This document shows, piece by piece, positions 54,693 through 64,000 of a DNA stretch of 64,000 nt. The notes under the pieces are model-generated. The model was not told where the DNA came from and did no database searches. It worked only from the letters and a program-made list of their open reading frames with translations. The stretch covers positions 17,971 through 81,970 of IMG/VR virus record IMGVR_UViG_3300045135_000898, one strand, 5' to 3'. Numbering within the stretch: the stretch's first letter is position 1; each line of letters starts with the position of its first letter. Origin of the DNA: a virus. The translations under genes were made by a program, and so were the position numbers.

Positions 54693-56387
54693 TTACTGTC
54701 CAGTGATCTCTGAGAACTCAACGCCAGTACGAGTAGCAATGAAGTTCAGAGTGATGAAGTTAATTGAACGAGCAGGTTTGATGTAGATATCAGCAACGAA
54801 GTTGTTAGTATCAATAACCTGTCCAGTGTTGTTGGTTTCGTCACATACAACCAAGAAGTCAGTTACACCACGACGACCTTTAATATCGCGTAGGAACGGT
54901 TCTACCATGTTACGGAACTGAGCACGAGTGAACTCATCGTTAAGTTCGAACAACTGGAATTTAGCCGCAGTTGCAATCGCTTTCTCAAGAACGATGAATA
55001 GACGACGAACGTTAATACGGTCAAACGCTGAAGGGCGAGCCAACATAGTCTTATCACCGTAAAGAACTGTACCTTCACCTGGGAAAGAAACCACAGGGTT
55101 GATACGTGCTTTGTAAAGAGTATCACGTTGTGTACGGTTAGGGTTGTACGCAAGTTTAACTACACCAAGCAACTGACCGCGATTTAAACCAGCTGGAGAG
55201 AACCAAGCATCAGATACAGAGTCAGTGTATGCACAAAGACCAGCAGTATGACCGTTTGCGGGAATCCAACGGTAAACATCGTTGTACTTATCGTATACTT
55301 TTACTGCAGTCGAATCAGACACTGCGTAAGAAGTAGAAGTAAGTTGGTCGAAGTAAGCTTTAACCGCATTCGTTGGGTTAGAGTTACCAACTGTAGAGTT
55401 CATAGGTGGAGAGATGAACGCGACGATATCGCGACGTGCTTCAGCCATTGCGATAGCCGCGGATGCAGCAACAGTAGTAGCATCAGTTTCGTCAACAGTT
55501 GCAATCAGAAGGTTGATGTCAACAGTATCAGCATCAGAGAACAAGTCAAGAGCTTGCTGTAACTGACCGATAGTTGGAGTAGTACCGTCGAAACCACCAC
55601 CGAATGTGTAAAACACTGCGTCTTGCGTTACGAACGCATGAGTAGAGTCGTTAGAGTTAGATGCATCAACTACGTTAGCATCATGATCCATCCAGTAAAT
55701 GTAAGATGAACCGCTGTTAATTACATTTTTGTAATAGTTAGAGCTGCCGTCATTTTTCTTAGCATCGGTTGCTGCTGAAACATAAGCAAATGTTTCAAGG
55801 ATTGAACCAACAGTACCAGTGATCTTACCATCAACATCGTATACAACAACGTGCATTTCATCGTTCGAACCACCACGAGCTTCAACGTATTCAGACGTAC
55901 CTGGAGCAGTATCGAAGTTTGATGAGAAGTCGTAACCAGCTGCAGTCCAAGAAGCGAACTCAGTTGAGCTAGCAGGACATACAGTTACACCGATTGAGTT
56001 ACCAATAGTACCAGGAGCACGTGCTGCAAATGCACCTACGTTCGCTGAACCATCTTCGAAGTTATCTTCGTAATCGGTCATGTTTTTGATTTTAAGACCA
56101 GAGTTGTCGGCTGTAGCGTTAAGCTGACCGATGTCGGCACGGATAACTTTAAGAGCGTTACCGTATTTTAAGAATGACGCAGCTTGGAAAAATTCTACGT
56201 ATTTGTCATTGGTCGGTTGACCAAAAATAGAGACTAGTTCAGCCTCAGAAGAAACTGTTACAATTTCTTCGATCGGACCTGCAGCAAAGTCACCAACGAT
56301 CGCACCGATCGAAGTTGAAACGGCAGGTACCACGTTGGTTAGGTCGATTTCTTTGACCTGAACACCCGGAGATACTTGGAATGCCAT
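54693..56387 (-). CDS. 18: tail sheath protein gp18
   Basis: SPGVQVKEIDLT, WFSPAG.NRG, AFDRINVRRLF, IKPARSINFI; late promoter 56451-56458. Confidence 0.98.
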   Translation of the reverse strand: MAFQVSPGVQVKEIDLTNVVPAVSTSIGAIVGDFAAGPIEEIVTVSSEAELVSIFGQPTNDKYVEFFQAASFLKYGNALKVIRADIGQLNATADNSGLKIKNMTDYEDNFEDGSANVGAFAARAPGTIGNSIGVTVCPASSTEFASWTAAGYDFSSNFDTAPGTSEYVEARGGSNDEMHVVVYDVDGKITGTVGSILETFAYVSAATDAKKNDGSSNYYKNVINSGSSYIYWMDHDANVVDASNSNDSTHAFVTQDAVFYTFGGGFDGTTPTIGQLQQALDLFSDADTVDINLLIATVDETDATTVAASAAIAMAEARRDIVAFISPPMNSTVGNSNPTNAVKAYFDQLTSTSYAVSDSTAVKVYDKYNDVYRWIPANGHTAGLCAYTDSVSDAWFSPAGLNRGQLLGVVKLAYNPNRTQRDTLYKARINPVVSFPGEGTVLYGDKTMLARPSAFDRINVRRLFIVLEKAIATAAKFQLFELNDEFTRAQFRNMVEPFLRDIKGRRGVTDFLVVCDETNNTGQVIDTNNFVADIYIKPARSINFITLNFIATRTGVEFSEITGQ

Positions 56388-56470
56388 AAGCTTCTTTCCT
56401 CATTAGGATAATTTTAAGAATTCATAATACGATTTTGTTATCAACTAAGATATTTATAATATTCTTATTT

Positions 56471-58069
56471 CTACCACTTAGCTGATGAATCAAACGTACC
56501 GTCCCATACTTCTTCAGTGTATGGTTTTTGTTCTTCGTATGTAGTACCACCTATGAAACCAAATGGTACAAGTTCGTCTTCGATTAGTTTAATGTTCTCG
56601 GCGTGAATCATATTACGAACATCAATGTCGGTTAGTTCTTGGAAGTAAGCGTTTGTCGCAAACCAACCAAATAATACAAGGTTCATTACCAAGTCGTCAT
56701 GGTTACCTTTTGACGCCTCGAATGAAGAACCTCTTGCTTCAAAGGTAGAAAGCTCAATAATAGTTTCTTCGTCGACTACTTCAAGTTTACCTTCTTCAAT
56801 CAAATCTTTAAGATTAGAACAACCAATGCGTTTAACCTTTTTAGTCATGGTTACGCCTAGAGCATTGGCTTTTACCGATGATTCAGTAAATACGTTTTCA
56901 TACTCAAGTTCATAATATAAGCCATTACATACAACAGCGCCTTGGTCATTCGATTCAATAACCACGTACGCATCTTTATAAGTCTTGGCGTACTTATAAA
57001 TTATGTCAGGAAATAATAAAGGAGATATCATATTATCACGATAGATAGCAACCTGCCTGAACGGTCGTACACTGATGTCAATGATATTGAAGGTCGAGTA
57101 GTCCATTCCTCGGCCTTTCGCAACATCGACGAACATCATATATTCGCCATCTTCTCGTGGCTTTTCATACACTTTAATCGCGCCTTGTTGGTAAACTGGC
57201 ACCTTAGCTCGTAAACCTAACAGAGTATCGCCATCAATTAGAGTCGTACCATTACCTAGGAATGAGTTACCAAACTCCTGCATAAACTGAAGTTCAGATG
57301 TGTTGTCAATTGTCTGACGTTTCCACTCTTCGTCTCGTCCAGGAACGTCCCACCAATCAACACGGAACGGCGCATACGTGTTAGTCTTTTGAACAGCACC
57401 TTCCCAAATCTTATGGAAAGTATTACCAAGACCGTTTGCTGTAGACGTAATGATAACTCGTGATGTTGCACCAGATGATACTACAGGATATGTTGAAGTA
57501 TAGAACTCTACATCATTTTCAACGAATGCAAATTCGTCAAGAAATAGTAGTGAAATAGACATACCACGAATAGAAGAACCGGATGTTGCCGCTGCGATTA
57601 TACGAGAGTTATTACTAAACTCAATAGAACCTTTGTTAAGAGCTTTTGTTCCTGGTTGTAAAAAGAACGGAAGGTTTTCAAGCATCAGTGTAATGCGTCC
57701 TAACATTTCACGAGCGGTTGAACCTTTGTTCGCAAGAATAGCGATTGTCTTTTCAGGATTGAAACATGCATACCATAATAGATACGCCACAGAACTAATT
57801 GACTTACCTGACTGACGACAAGCAAGTACAATACTAAAGCGATTTTCATTAAAGTGCTTAAACATGTTTTCTTGATATGGATACAAGTCAAATGGGACTA
57901 AACCTTTATCAAGATGGATAACTTTTAGGTACGTCTTAGCAAAGTAAGCAGGATCATTCATACACTTTGTATATTCAGTGATCTCTTCTTTACTAAAATT
58001 TGAGACTACTCCGTCTCGTTTTACGTTAGGATTACCTAAGTAACTATCTGGGCTCTGTCTAAGCGTCAT
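56471..58069 (-). CDS. 17: terminase large subunit gp17
   Basis: YLGNPN, RQSGKS, FLDEFAF, ITSTANG, DVAKG, HDDLVM. Confidence 0.97.
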   Translation of the reverse strand: MTLRQSPDSYLGNPNVKRDGVVSNFSKEEITEYTKCMNDPAYFAKTYLKVIHLDKGLVPFDLYPYQENMFKHFNENRFSIVLACRQSGKSISSVAYLLWYACFNPEKTIAILANKGSTAREMLGRITLMLENLPFFLQPGTKALNKGSIEFSNNSRIIAAATSGSSIRGMSISLLFLDEFAFVENDVEFYTSTYPVVSSGATSRVIITSTANGLGNTFHKIWEGAVQKTNTYAPFRVDWWDVPGRDEEWKRQTIDNTSELQFMQEFGNSFLGNGTTLIDGDTLLGLRAKVPVYQQGAIKVYEKPREDGEYMMFVDVAKGRGMDYSTFNIIDISVRPFRQVAIYRDNMISPLLFPDIIYKYAKTYKDAYVVIESNDQGAVVCNGLYYELEYENVFTESSVKANALGVTMTKKVKRIGCSNLKDLIEEGKLEVVDEETIIELSTFEARGSSFEASKGNHDDLVMNLVLFGWFATNAYFQELTDIDVRNMIHAENIKLIEDELVPFGFIGGTTYEEQKPYTEEVWDGTFDSSAKW

Positions 58070-58403
58070 CGGCTGGCTCAATATCCTTCATTTTATTATG
58101 TAGCACACGTTGTAAATCAGTCGTTGATCCAACGAACAAATTGTTTTGTGTCACAGGAGCATTAAGCGATGGTAGGTTGGACTCTTTTTCCAAGTCTTTC
58201 TTTTTCTTTTGTAAGTCCATCAGCTTATCTGTAATTTCGGCATTCTGTTTTAACATGCCAGCCAAAACCTCAAATGCACGTGGGTGCTCAGACTCTCGTG
58301 CAAGGTCCATCATTAAATCGATAGCTTCTTGTCCTTTTTCAGCTAAGTTATAATACTGCGATCTCGCAAAATCATAATCGTCATTAGCATCTTCTTTACT
58401 CAT
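58059..58403 (-). CDS. 16: terminase small subunit gp16
   Basis: DYDFAR, ESEHPRAFEV, NNLFVGSTTDL. Confidence 0.93.
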   Translation of the reverse strand: MSKEDANDDYDFARSQYYNLAEKGQEAIDLMMDLARESEHPRAFEVLAGMLKQNAEITDKLMDLQKKKKDLEKESNLPSLNAPVTQNNLFVGSTTDLQRVLHNKMKDIEPADDA

Positions 58404-58419
58404 AATAACCTCGATTCAA

Positions 58420-59400
58420 TTACCAGATTTCGGTAAGACCTAAAATCTGAGTCGTATAAGAACCATCTTGATTTGAAAGCGACTCACCATCCGAATAATT
58501 ACCGTCCGGGAATTGAATAGTCAGCACTGTATGGTTAGCATTATTAGTATTTATAGCTTCAACTGATCCGCTTGCCAATGTGTTAGTCCCAAACACGATA
58601 TCACCAATTTCGAATTCATCGGTTAAAGCAACTTCAACTTCAACCTTTTCAGGGTATGCAACATAATTGTAATCAACATCAACAGTGTAAGGATCGGTTT
58701 CAGCCGTACCAAACGGATTGAGTATTTGAAGTTGACGTTCAATTAAAGATCCATCGTTTTGATTAATAGCATTAACTTGTGTCTTACGAATAATAGATGA
58801 TGTTCCAACTGGACCGTAAAAACGTACGCGTGTTTCAAAATCAAGTGTGTAAATGATTGAACGACGAGTTAAGTAATCGCCTTCGTAATCATCATTCATC
58901 GTTACACCCTGCAAAACAAATGGCATATCCGTTCTAAACTGATCTTGAACTTGCTTGATTGTTACGCTATACTCAGGCTGAAAGAATGGGACGATTTGTT
59001 CAAGAATCTGCAATGCGTCATCTTGATTTTTCGCCATGATGTTAAGTTGCATACCCATACGGTAACCAACAGGACCGATGACAGACTGATAAGAACCGTC
59101 ACTTGTCTGAATTCTTTGGCGTTGACCCTTTTGCATCTTGGTGTTTGTATCGTATGTTAAAGAAGTAATCTCAAAAGACATACGAGGCAACTTTAAAGCA
59201 ATCTTAGCGTCATCCAAATTAGCTTGCTGTTCAATGCGAGACAAGAACTTTTGACGTGGGCCGTATGCAAGAGGAACTTTAATCGCATTAAGAACATTTC
59301 CGTTCGAATCACGACGAACAACGCCGATGTCATTAAAAAGAGTACCAAACACCGCGACTGCGCGGCGAATGGTCTCGTGGTAAAAGTGTGTTCCAAACAT
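58420..59400 (-). CDS. 15: tail sheath stabilizer gp15
   Basis: FYHETIRR.V..FG.LFN.I, VPLAYGP..KF, LPRMSFE, EQIVPFFQP. Confidence 0.95.
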   Translation of the reverse strand: MFGTHFYHETIRRAVAVFGTLFNDIGVVRRDSNGNVLNAIKVPLAYGPRQKFLSRIEQQANLDDAKIALKLPRMSFEITSLTYDTNTKMQKGQRQRIQTSDGSYQSVIGPVGYRMGMQLNIMAKNQDDALQILEQIVPFFQPEYSVTIKQVQDQFRTDMPFVLQGVTMNDDYEGDYLTRRSIIYTLDFETRVRFYGPVGTSSIIRKTQVNAINQNDGSLIERQLQILNPFGTAETDPYTVDVDYNYVAYPEKVEVEVALTDEFEIGDIVFGTNTLASGSVEAINTNNANHTVLTIQFPDGNYSDGESLSNQDGSYTTQILGLTEIW

Positions 59401-60356
59401 TAGGTCGGTTCTCCAAACGGATTAGTTTCGCTAAAGTCGATTATGTCATCACCTTCTTGCTCAAACGTCCAGTTTTGAGCATTTTCATCATTGTGGAAAG
59501 TTTCGTCGATTGTATTATTTAAGTCGTAGATTTCGTACAGATTAGCGGATATCGTAGGAGTATTAATATCATCAACTAAGTATGTATCGATATCGTTAAG
59601 AGTCGATACAATGAATCCTGTTACATCTCCGTCATTGACTTCAAAGTCAGTAAGCTCAAGCTGAATCGCGTTAATAGATCCACCGATTGCCTCCATCGAC
59701 GCAATCTCTCCTGAGATCCATTTCGTAGGTGTACCATTATCATCACGGCTAATAACTTGGTACATACGCATACCTTTCTCGAAGTCACCTGTAATATCAT
59801 TAACTGCGACCGATAGTGTGTAAGCATACTGAGCTTCAATATCATCGATTTCTTCAATGCCTGTCGAGAAGTCTTCATCGTTGAATTCAAATAAACGAGC
59901 TTGAAGTTTATAGACTGGAAGATTAGCTAATTGATAAAATGGAGATTCATGCTCAACAAAAGATATCTCAAAGAATGATTGAGACATTGGCATATAAATT
60001 AGATCGCCTTCGTTTGGACGATTGTTTTCTAATGCGTTATTCCAAAGACCAACTAATTTATTCCAAGTACGGCGAGCAACAATAAATGTGGCTTCATCTC
60101 GGATTTCCAATCCAAATTTAGATAAGAGGTTGCCTTCGCCTTCAAATCCTTCGGTATTTTCAATGTACATTTCAATCATGTACGCATCGTCGAATTGAGC
60201 TTCAACATCTTCGTTAAGAATCATATCGCGTGTTAATATTTTACGCGGTAAGTAATAGACGTCTTGCCCATAGATCTTCAGTGCTTCAATCTGCAAGTCT
60301 TCATACAAATTCTGCTCTGGGATATGCGCCTGACTAAAGTATACATTACGTGGCAT
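59400..60356 (-). CDS. 14: neck protein gp14
   Basis: IYGQDVYYLPR, KFGLEIRD, PNEGDLIY, DFSETNPFG. Confidence 0.95.
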   Translation of the reverse strand: MPRNVYFSQAHIPEQNLYEDLQIEALKIYGQDVYYLPRKILTRDMILNEDVEAQFDDAYMIEMYIENTEGFEGEGNLLSKFGLEIRDEATFIVARRTWNKLVGLWNNALENNRPNEGDLIYMPMSQSFFEISFVEHESPFYQLANLPVYKLQARLFEFNDEDFSTGIEEIDDIEAQYAYTLSVAVNDITGDFEKGMRMYQVISRDDNGTPTKWISGEIASMEAIGGSINAIQLELTDFEVNDGDVTGFIVSTLNDIDTYLVDDINTPTISANLYEIYDLNNTIDETFHNDENAQNWTFEQEGDDIIDFSETNPFGEPT

Positions 60357-60360
60357 TTAA

Positions 60361-61116
60361 TTACCCCATGTAGAAATCAACTGGCATCTCGTATCGCAGC
60401 TGCATTTCTTCTTCGATTTTTAGAATTTCTTCGTTAGCTTGTTCTAGGATTTGCATGCCGTTCATAGTTACGCCACCAGGAAGTTGCATACCTTCAAACT
60501 TAGACATGTTTTGACCCCACTGACGTTTAATCAGCGCAGTTACATAACGCTTAACGAACATATCATTATATACATCAGTGTAAGTAGCAGGATCGACAAT
60601 AGCTGAACCTTCGACGATAATCCAATCGTCTTCTTTAATATCCACACCCCATTCAACGTCAAGGTGTAAGCGATTCATATGACGATTGAATCGAGTCGAA
60701 ATAGTTGCGTTACCAAACAGGCCATTCATTAACGTGATGTACTGTTGAGTCAAAGAATACTCAGCAAGATTACCGATGAAACCACCGCGAAGTAGGAATG
60801 CGTCGTTAAGAGCCATTTGGTAATTCACATTAAACATTCCACCTGAACCAGTCCCAACACTGTCAGGAAGCACTCGACGCACCACAGTCATCTGATCTGG
60901 AATATCGATATAACCATTCGTTACATCAGTTGCTGTAATCTGGTACTTCAGATAAGTATCTACGATGCCATCTGAATTATACTCTTGGAAGTATTGAAGC
61001 GCTTCATCAACACGATCCTCTAACTGATCTTCGTCGACGTTGACTTCTAACACAGGCGCGCCAAGTCGGCGTAGAGCGTAATCAATCAACTCTTGTCTTG
61101 ATGCTGGGTTCGCCAT
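60361..61116 (-). CDS. 13: neck protein gp13
   Basis: YALRRLGAPV..VNVD..Q, KRQWG.NM.KF.G.QLPGG; late promoter 61152-61159. Confidence 0.95.
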   Translation of the reverse strand: MANPASRQELIDYALRRLGAPVLEVNVDEDQLEDRVDEALQYFQEYNSDGIVDTYLKYQITATDVTNGYIDIPDQMTVVRRVLPDSVGTGSGGMFNVNYQMALNDAFLLRGGFIGNLAEYSLTQQYITLMNGLFGNATISTRFNRHMNRLHLDVEWGVDIKEDDWIIVEGSAIVDPATYTDVYNDMFVKRYVTALIKRQWGQNMSKFEGMQLPGGVTMNGMQILEQANEEILKIEEEMQLRYEMPVDFYMG

Positions 61117-61161
61117 AAAAATAATCCTAATTAGTTAAAATTCTATACGATTATTTATACT

Positions 61162-61587
61162 TTAAAGCTTCCCATCTTTTCGCATTTCAGCTCTGATTTT
61201 TGTAGCGCTGATGTCGTGAATTTCTTCGCCTAAATCATGCTCAGTAAAAGTGTAACCAACGCCACGTCCATAAGAAATGTCAACGATGTTAGGAACAACC
61301 ATAATGGTGTAATCCGAGTTATACGCATAGCCTTCTTTCCATAATGCTGCTACTATGTTAGTGTGAACGTCATCAACGCTGAAGGGATTATCGTCTTGCT
61401 TTGCTGTACGTCCTGCACCAGCATCTTCACCTACAATGCCACCGACATCGCGAATCATAATACATACTTGACCGGTTTCAGCTAATGCTTTTTTAAATAA
61501 CGCAGTATGCCCGTCATGCCAAGGCTGCCAACGACCTAACATCTGAGTTGTTGGTTTATTCCAATCGAAGGTTTTTAGAGAGTTCAT
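61162..61587 (-). CDS. small HIGH-superfamily nucleotidyltransferase
   Basis: GRWQPWHDGH, YGRGVGY, ISATKIR. Confidence 0.85.
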   Translation of the reverse strand: MNSLKTFDWNKPTTQMLGRWQPWHDGHTALFKKALAETGQVCIMIRDVGGIVGEDAGAGRTAKQDDNPFSVDDVHTNIVAALWKEGYAYNSDYTIMVVPNIVDISYGRGVGYTFTEHDLGEEIHDISATKIRAEMRKDGKL

Positions 61588-61966
61588 AGATTTCTTCATC
61601 AGTCATTAATTCCTTAATAATATAATCAGCATTTAAAGGAGGTTCAAATACCGCGTTGGTATTTTCATATTTTGATTCTTTGATAGTGTCTAACCAAATA
61701 ATAACGTCAGGATCAAACTGAGCTCGAGTATGTTCGGTCGGACAAATGAAATCGCATATTACTTGACGACCATTCGCGATTTCAAAGTTGGCAAATGTTT
61801 TCATGCGCGTTGCTTGACGTAAACGACCTTCAACTGAAAAGTCCCAATCATTAGCCATTTCACGTACTATGTCGGCATTATACCACGCGCATTTTAAATA
61901 TCGTTGGAGTTCTTTAGCAAGATACGATTTGCCTGAGCCAGGAAGGCCCATTACTAAAATTTTCAT
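61556..61966 (-). CDS. adenylyl-sulfate kinase-like P-loop kinase (CysC-like)
   Basis: GLPGSGKS, NAD.VR...DFS.EGR.RQ, DFICP, FEPP. Confidence 0.75.
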   Translation of the reverse strand: MKILVMGLPGSGKSYLAKELQRYLKCAWYNADIVREMANDWDFSVEGRLRQATRMKTFANFEIANGRQVICDFICPTEHTRAQFDPDVIIWLDTIKESKYENTNAVFEPPLNADYIIKELMTDEEIYELSKNLRLE

Positions 61967-62028
61967 AATAAAAAAGTCCTACAGGTTTTACTATAGGACT
62001 ATTTATTATGCTTTAGAAAGTTAACGGA

Positions 62029-62214
62029 TTACCATTTATTTAATGGGCACTCTCCAATTGGCTGAGTTACTTTTTCCTGAATTACTTTAGTACAGCAATG
62101 TTCAGTTAGTATACAATACTTATCATTAACATGCTCATGCTGGATAGCATGCTCGCATGAATAACATATATCAGATTTTCTTTTTTCTTCAGCTTTTCGA
62201 TCTATGGTTGCCAT
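62029..62214 (-). CDS. small Cys-rich protein
   Basis: ICYSCEH...C...CC...CPLNKW. Confidence 0.6.
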   Translation of the reverse strand: MATIDRKAEEKRKSDICYSCEHAIQHEHVNDKYCILTEHCCTKVIQEKVTQPIGECPLNKW

Positions 62215-63950
62215 GTCGTATTTTCCTTCATCCACATACCAACTTCCAATAAGTACGGTTCAGAAGCCCAACAAACAAATTGACATCTCATACGTGATTG
62301 CCCATCCGTATTATTATATGCAATCCAGTGCCTAGCACCCCAGCTTCTCATGTAGTTACTAGAACTTTGTCCCTCCGGATCAATGTAGTTAGCAAAACCA
62401 CGTGAATCACCGCTAATGTATAATCTATCTGTTGATCCATAGTTATATGTACCACCAGAACCTCCATAGTTACCACCATCAACATATAGCGTAACCTGAT
62501 TTGCCAGTACTGAAGAAGGAGAACCTCCATGAATTGTTGAGTAAATATGAGCAGGCGAGACACTAGAACCCATATCAAGTATATCGTATGCTTGACGGCT
62601 AATTCTAGAGTTGACATGGTTAATACCATTGGTGTTGCTATCGTTCATGTCATAATCAACAATCGAGTGAGAAGAATTGTACATATTATACGTTTTCATC
62701 ATCTTAACACCAGTTCTATTTTTAGAACTGATCCATACCTGAGTTCTACCAGCTCCATAACTGCTTCCATTATATCTTCTAGGAGATAGATTAGAAGTGT
62801 GACTGCTATTATTAAGGTTATCATAAAATGTACCAGTCTGCGTCATGTTTACGTTACCACCTTGGTTCATAAACAATAGCATCCAGCCGCCGCCTTCATT
62901 ATTCATATCACAGAAAATTTGCTGTGGGCTAGTCATATCTGGAGTTTGTATCCAGTAAAAACCATCTGTAGTAGTACCGGTTAGTTCCTTAATATATCTA
63001 GCACTTGGCGCAGCTCTATCTGAAGAAGAACCATCTATATATCTTTTAATTAAAAAACTAAATGATCTATACTCTGATTGAGTGTTCGCATTAGCTGAAA
63101 TCGTGAATGGATACGTAGTATCAGATGCAACATCTCCTGGATCACCAGTAATTGCTCCACTTGATGCGTTTAAAGATACACCCGAAGGAAAAGATCCAGA
63201 AACGACAGAGTATGTAACGGTATCACCATCAGGATCTGTAGCAGAAACCGACGTACTTATTGTTTGTGATCTATCGTAGTAAGTTCCTAAAGAACCAGAA
63301 GCTGTAGACCAAGATGGGTCTCTGTCTACTGTGCCAGCGGGCTCAAGAGTAGACGCTAGACCAGATGGATTTGTTACTTTAACAATAAATGATTGAGCGC
63401 CCGAGTAGTTAACATTACTAGCATTAGTATCTGCTGTCAATTCTACGCTAGACACATAAGTAGTAACTAGAGCTCTTGGAACACCTCCAACGGCAGCACC
63501 TTCAACATATACTATAGAACCAGACTTAAAGTTAGATCCGCTTATAGTAATAGTAGAACTAGTATTTTCATTAATCACACCGGAAAAAGAAGTAACAGTA
63601 GGAGGAGCATCGATACCTTGCCACCCAGAGGCATTATACTGTTCAACTAAGCCGGTATCAGTATTATATCTAACAGAGCCTAATGGAGGGCTAGATGGTC
63701 TTTGTAAGGTAGTCCCTTGAGGAAGAAGAATTGAATCTGTCCTTTCAGATAAATCTAAACTAGCATTAGGAGAATTAGGACCAATTCCAAGATTCCCCGT
63801 AACTGTCAAGTCACCATTCATCGCATCGCTAGTATCTTTTCTCAAAAACTGAGCCGAGTCAATACCATCAATTAAGTCTGCTGTTACGTTACCAGCTGAG
63901 TCAACCGCAGCTGCAGCTAGTGCTAAATTTCTTGCTTTAGTACCTGACAT
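62202..63950 (-). CDS. virion fibre/structural protein with Ig-like and fibrinogen-C-like domains
   Basis: LP.GT..QRP..RYN, IPT/Ig repeats, DPDGD..YS...G.SLN..GAI.G, DGFYWI...FCDM..GGGWML. Confidence 0.8.
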   Translation of the reverse strand: MSGTKARNLALAAAAVDSAGNVTADLIDGIDSAQFLRKDTSDAMNGDLTVTGNLGIGPNSPNASLDLSERTDSILLPQGTTLQRPSSPPLGSVRYNTDTGLVEQYNASGWQGIDAPPTVTSFSGVINENTSSTITISGSNFKSGSIVYVEGAAVGGVPRALVTTYVSSVELTADTNASNVNYSGAQSFIVKVTNPSGLASTLEPAGTVDRDPSWSTASGSLGTYYDRSQTISTSVSATDPDGDTVTYSVVSGSFPSGVSLNASSGAITGDPGDVASDTTYPFTISANANTQSEYRSFSFLIKRYIDGSSSDRAAPSARYIKELTGTTTDGFYWIQTPDMTSPQQIFCDMNNEGGGWMLLFMNQGGNVNMTQTGTFYDNLNNSSHTSNLSPRRYNGSSYGAGRTQVWISSKNRTGVKMMKTYNMYNSSHSIVDYDMNDSNTNGINHVNSRISRQAYDILDMGSSVSPAHIYSTIHGGSPSSVLANQVTLYVDGGNYGGSGGTYNYGSTDRLYISGDSRGFANYIDPEGQSSSNYMRSWGARHWIAYNNTDGQSRMRCQFVCWASEPYLLEVGMWMKENTTWQP

Positions 63951-64000
63951 TATTTAGCCTCCAATGCTTCAATACGTGCTTCTAAATCTGCGATTTTAGC
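63950..64000 (-). CDS. 3' end of upstream fibre-type gene (partial)
   Basis: ...AKIADLEARIEALEAK* coiled-coil tail. Confidence 0.55.
   Translation of the reverse strand, partial: AKIADLEARIEALEAK

Noticed and set aside
1108-58069. Introns, inteins or homing endonucleases in nrdA, 41, uvsX, 43, 17
   Set aside because: ORFs are continuous and of normal length; no LAGLIDADG/GIY-YIG/HNH or splice-junction motifs seen
354-63279. Plus-strand ORFs in the six-frame track and nested alternative-frame minus ORFs
   Set aside because: They are shadows of recognisable minus-strand genes, with no SD or motifs
1-64000. CRISPR array or IS/transposase
   Set aside because: No regularly spaced direct repeats with unique spacers and no transposase motifs seen; the 37-bp repeat has only two distant copies
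1-64000. Stop-codon reassignment
   Set aside because: Core genes are full length in the standard code and TAA, TAG and TGA all terminate genes

Overview
This window is 64 kb of a large T4-like myophage genome (marine-type T4 superfamily, sigma70-dependent Gram-negative host not identifiable from sequence alone). Essentially all real genes lie on the minus strand. It holds nrdAB, spanins, a cluster of probable capsid-packaged internal proteins, thyX, gp41/uvsX, a DNA-modification region, ligase, gp43, hsp20, groES, regA, clamp and clamp loader, two tRNAs, a MoxR/VWA pair, gp46/47/55, uvsW/Y and the head-neck-tail module gp3-gp23-22-21-67-20-19-18-17-16-15-14-13. Three candidates for undescribed biology stand out. 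(1) A four-gene operon (NTP-transferase/kinase, HAD phosphatase, glycosyltransferase, C5-methyltransferase homolog with a degenerate SAM motif) lies next to a T4 gp42-type dCMP hydroxymethylase, and both DNA-acting enzymes end in a sliding-clamp-like tail. (2) Capsid-targeted proteins include a KxDG ligase-like nucleotidyltransferase, a HIGH nucleotidyltransferase, a nuclease-like protein and polyproteins with protease-type linkers. (3) Two identical back-to-back promoter elements 43 kb apart fire a G-rich hairpin RNA against the direction of all genes. All calls come from motif recognition by eye; no database searches were run.
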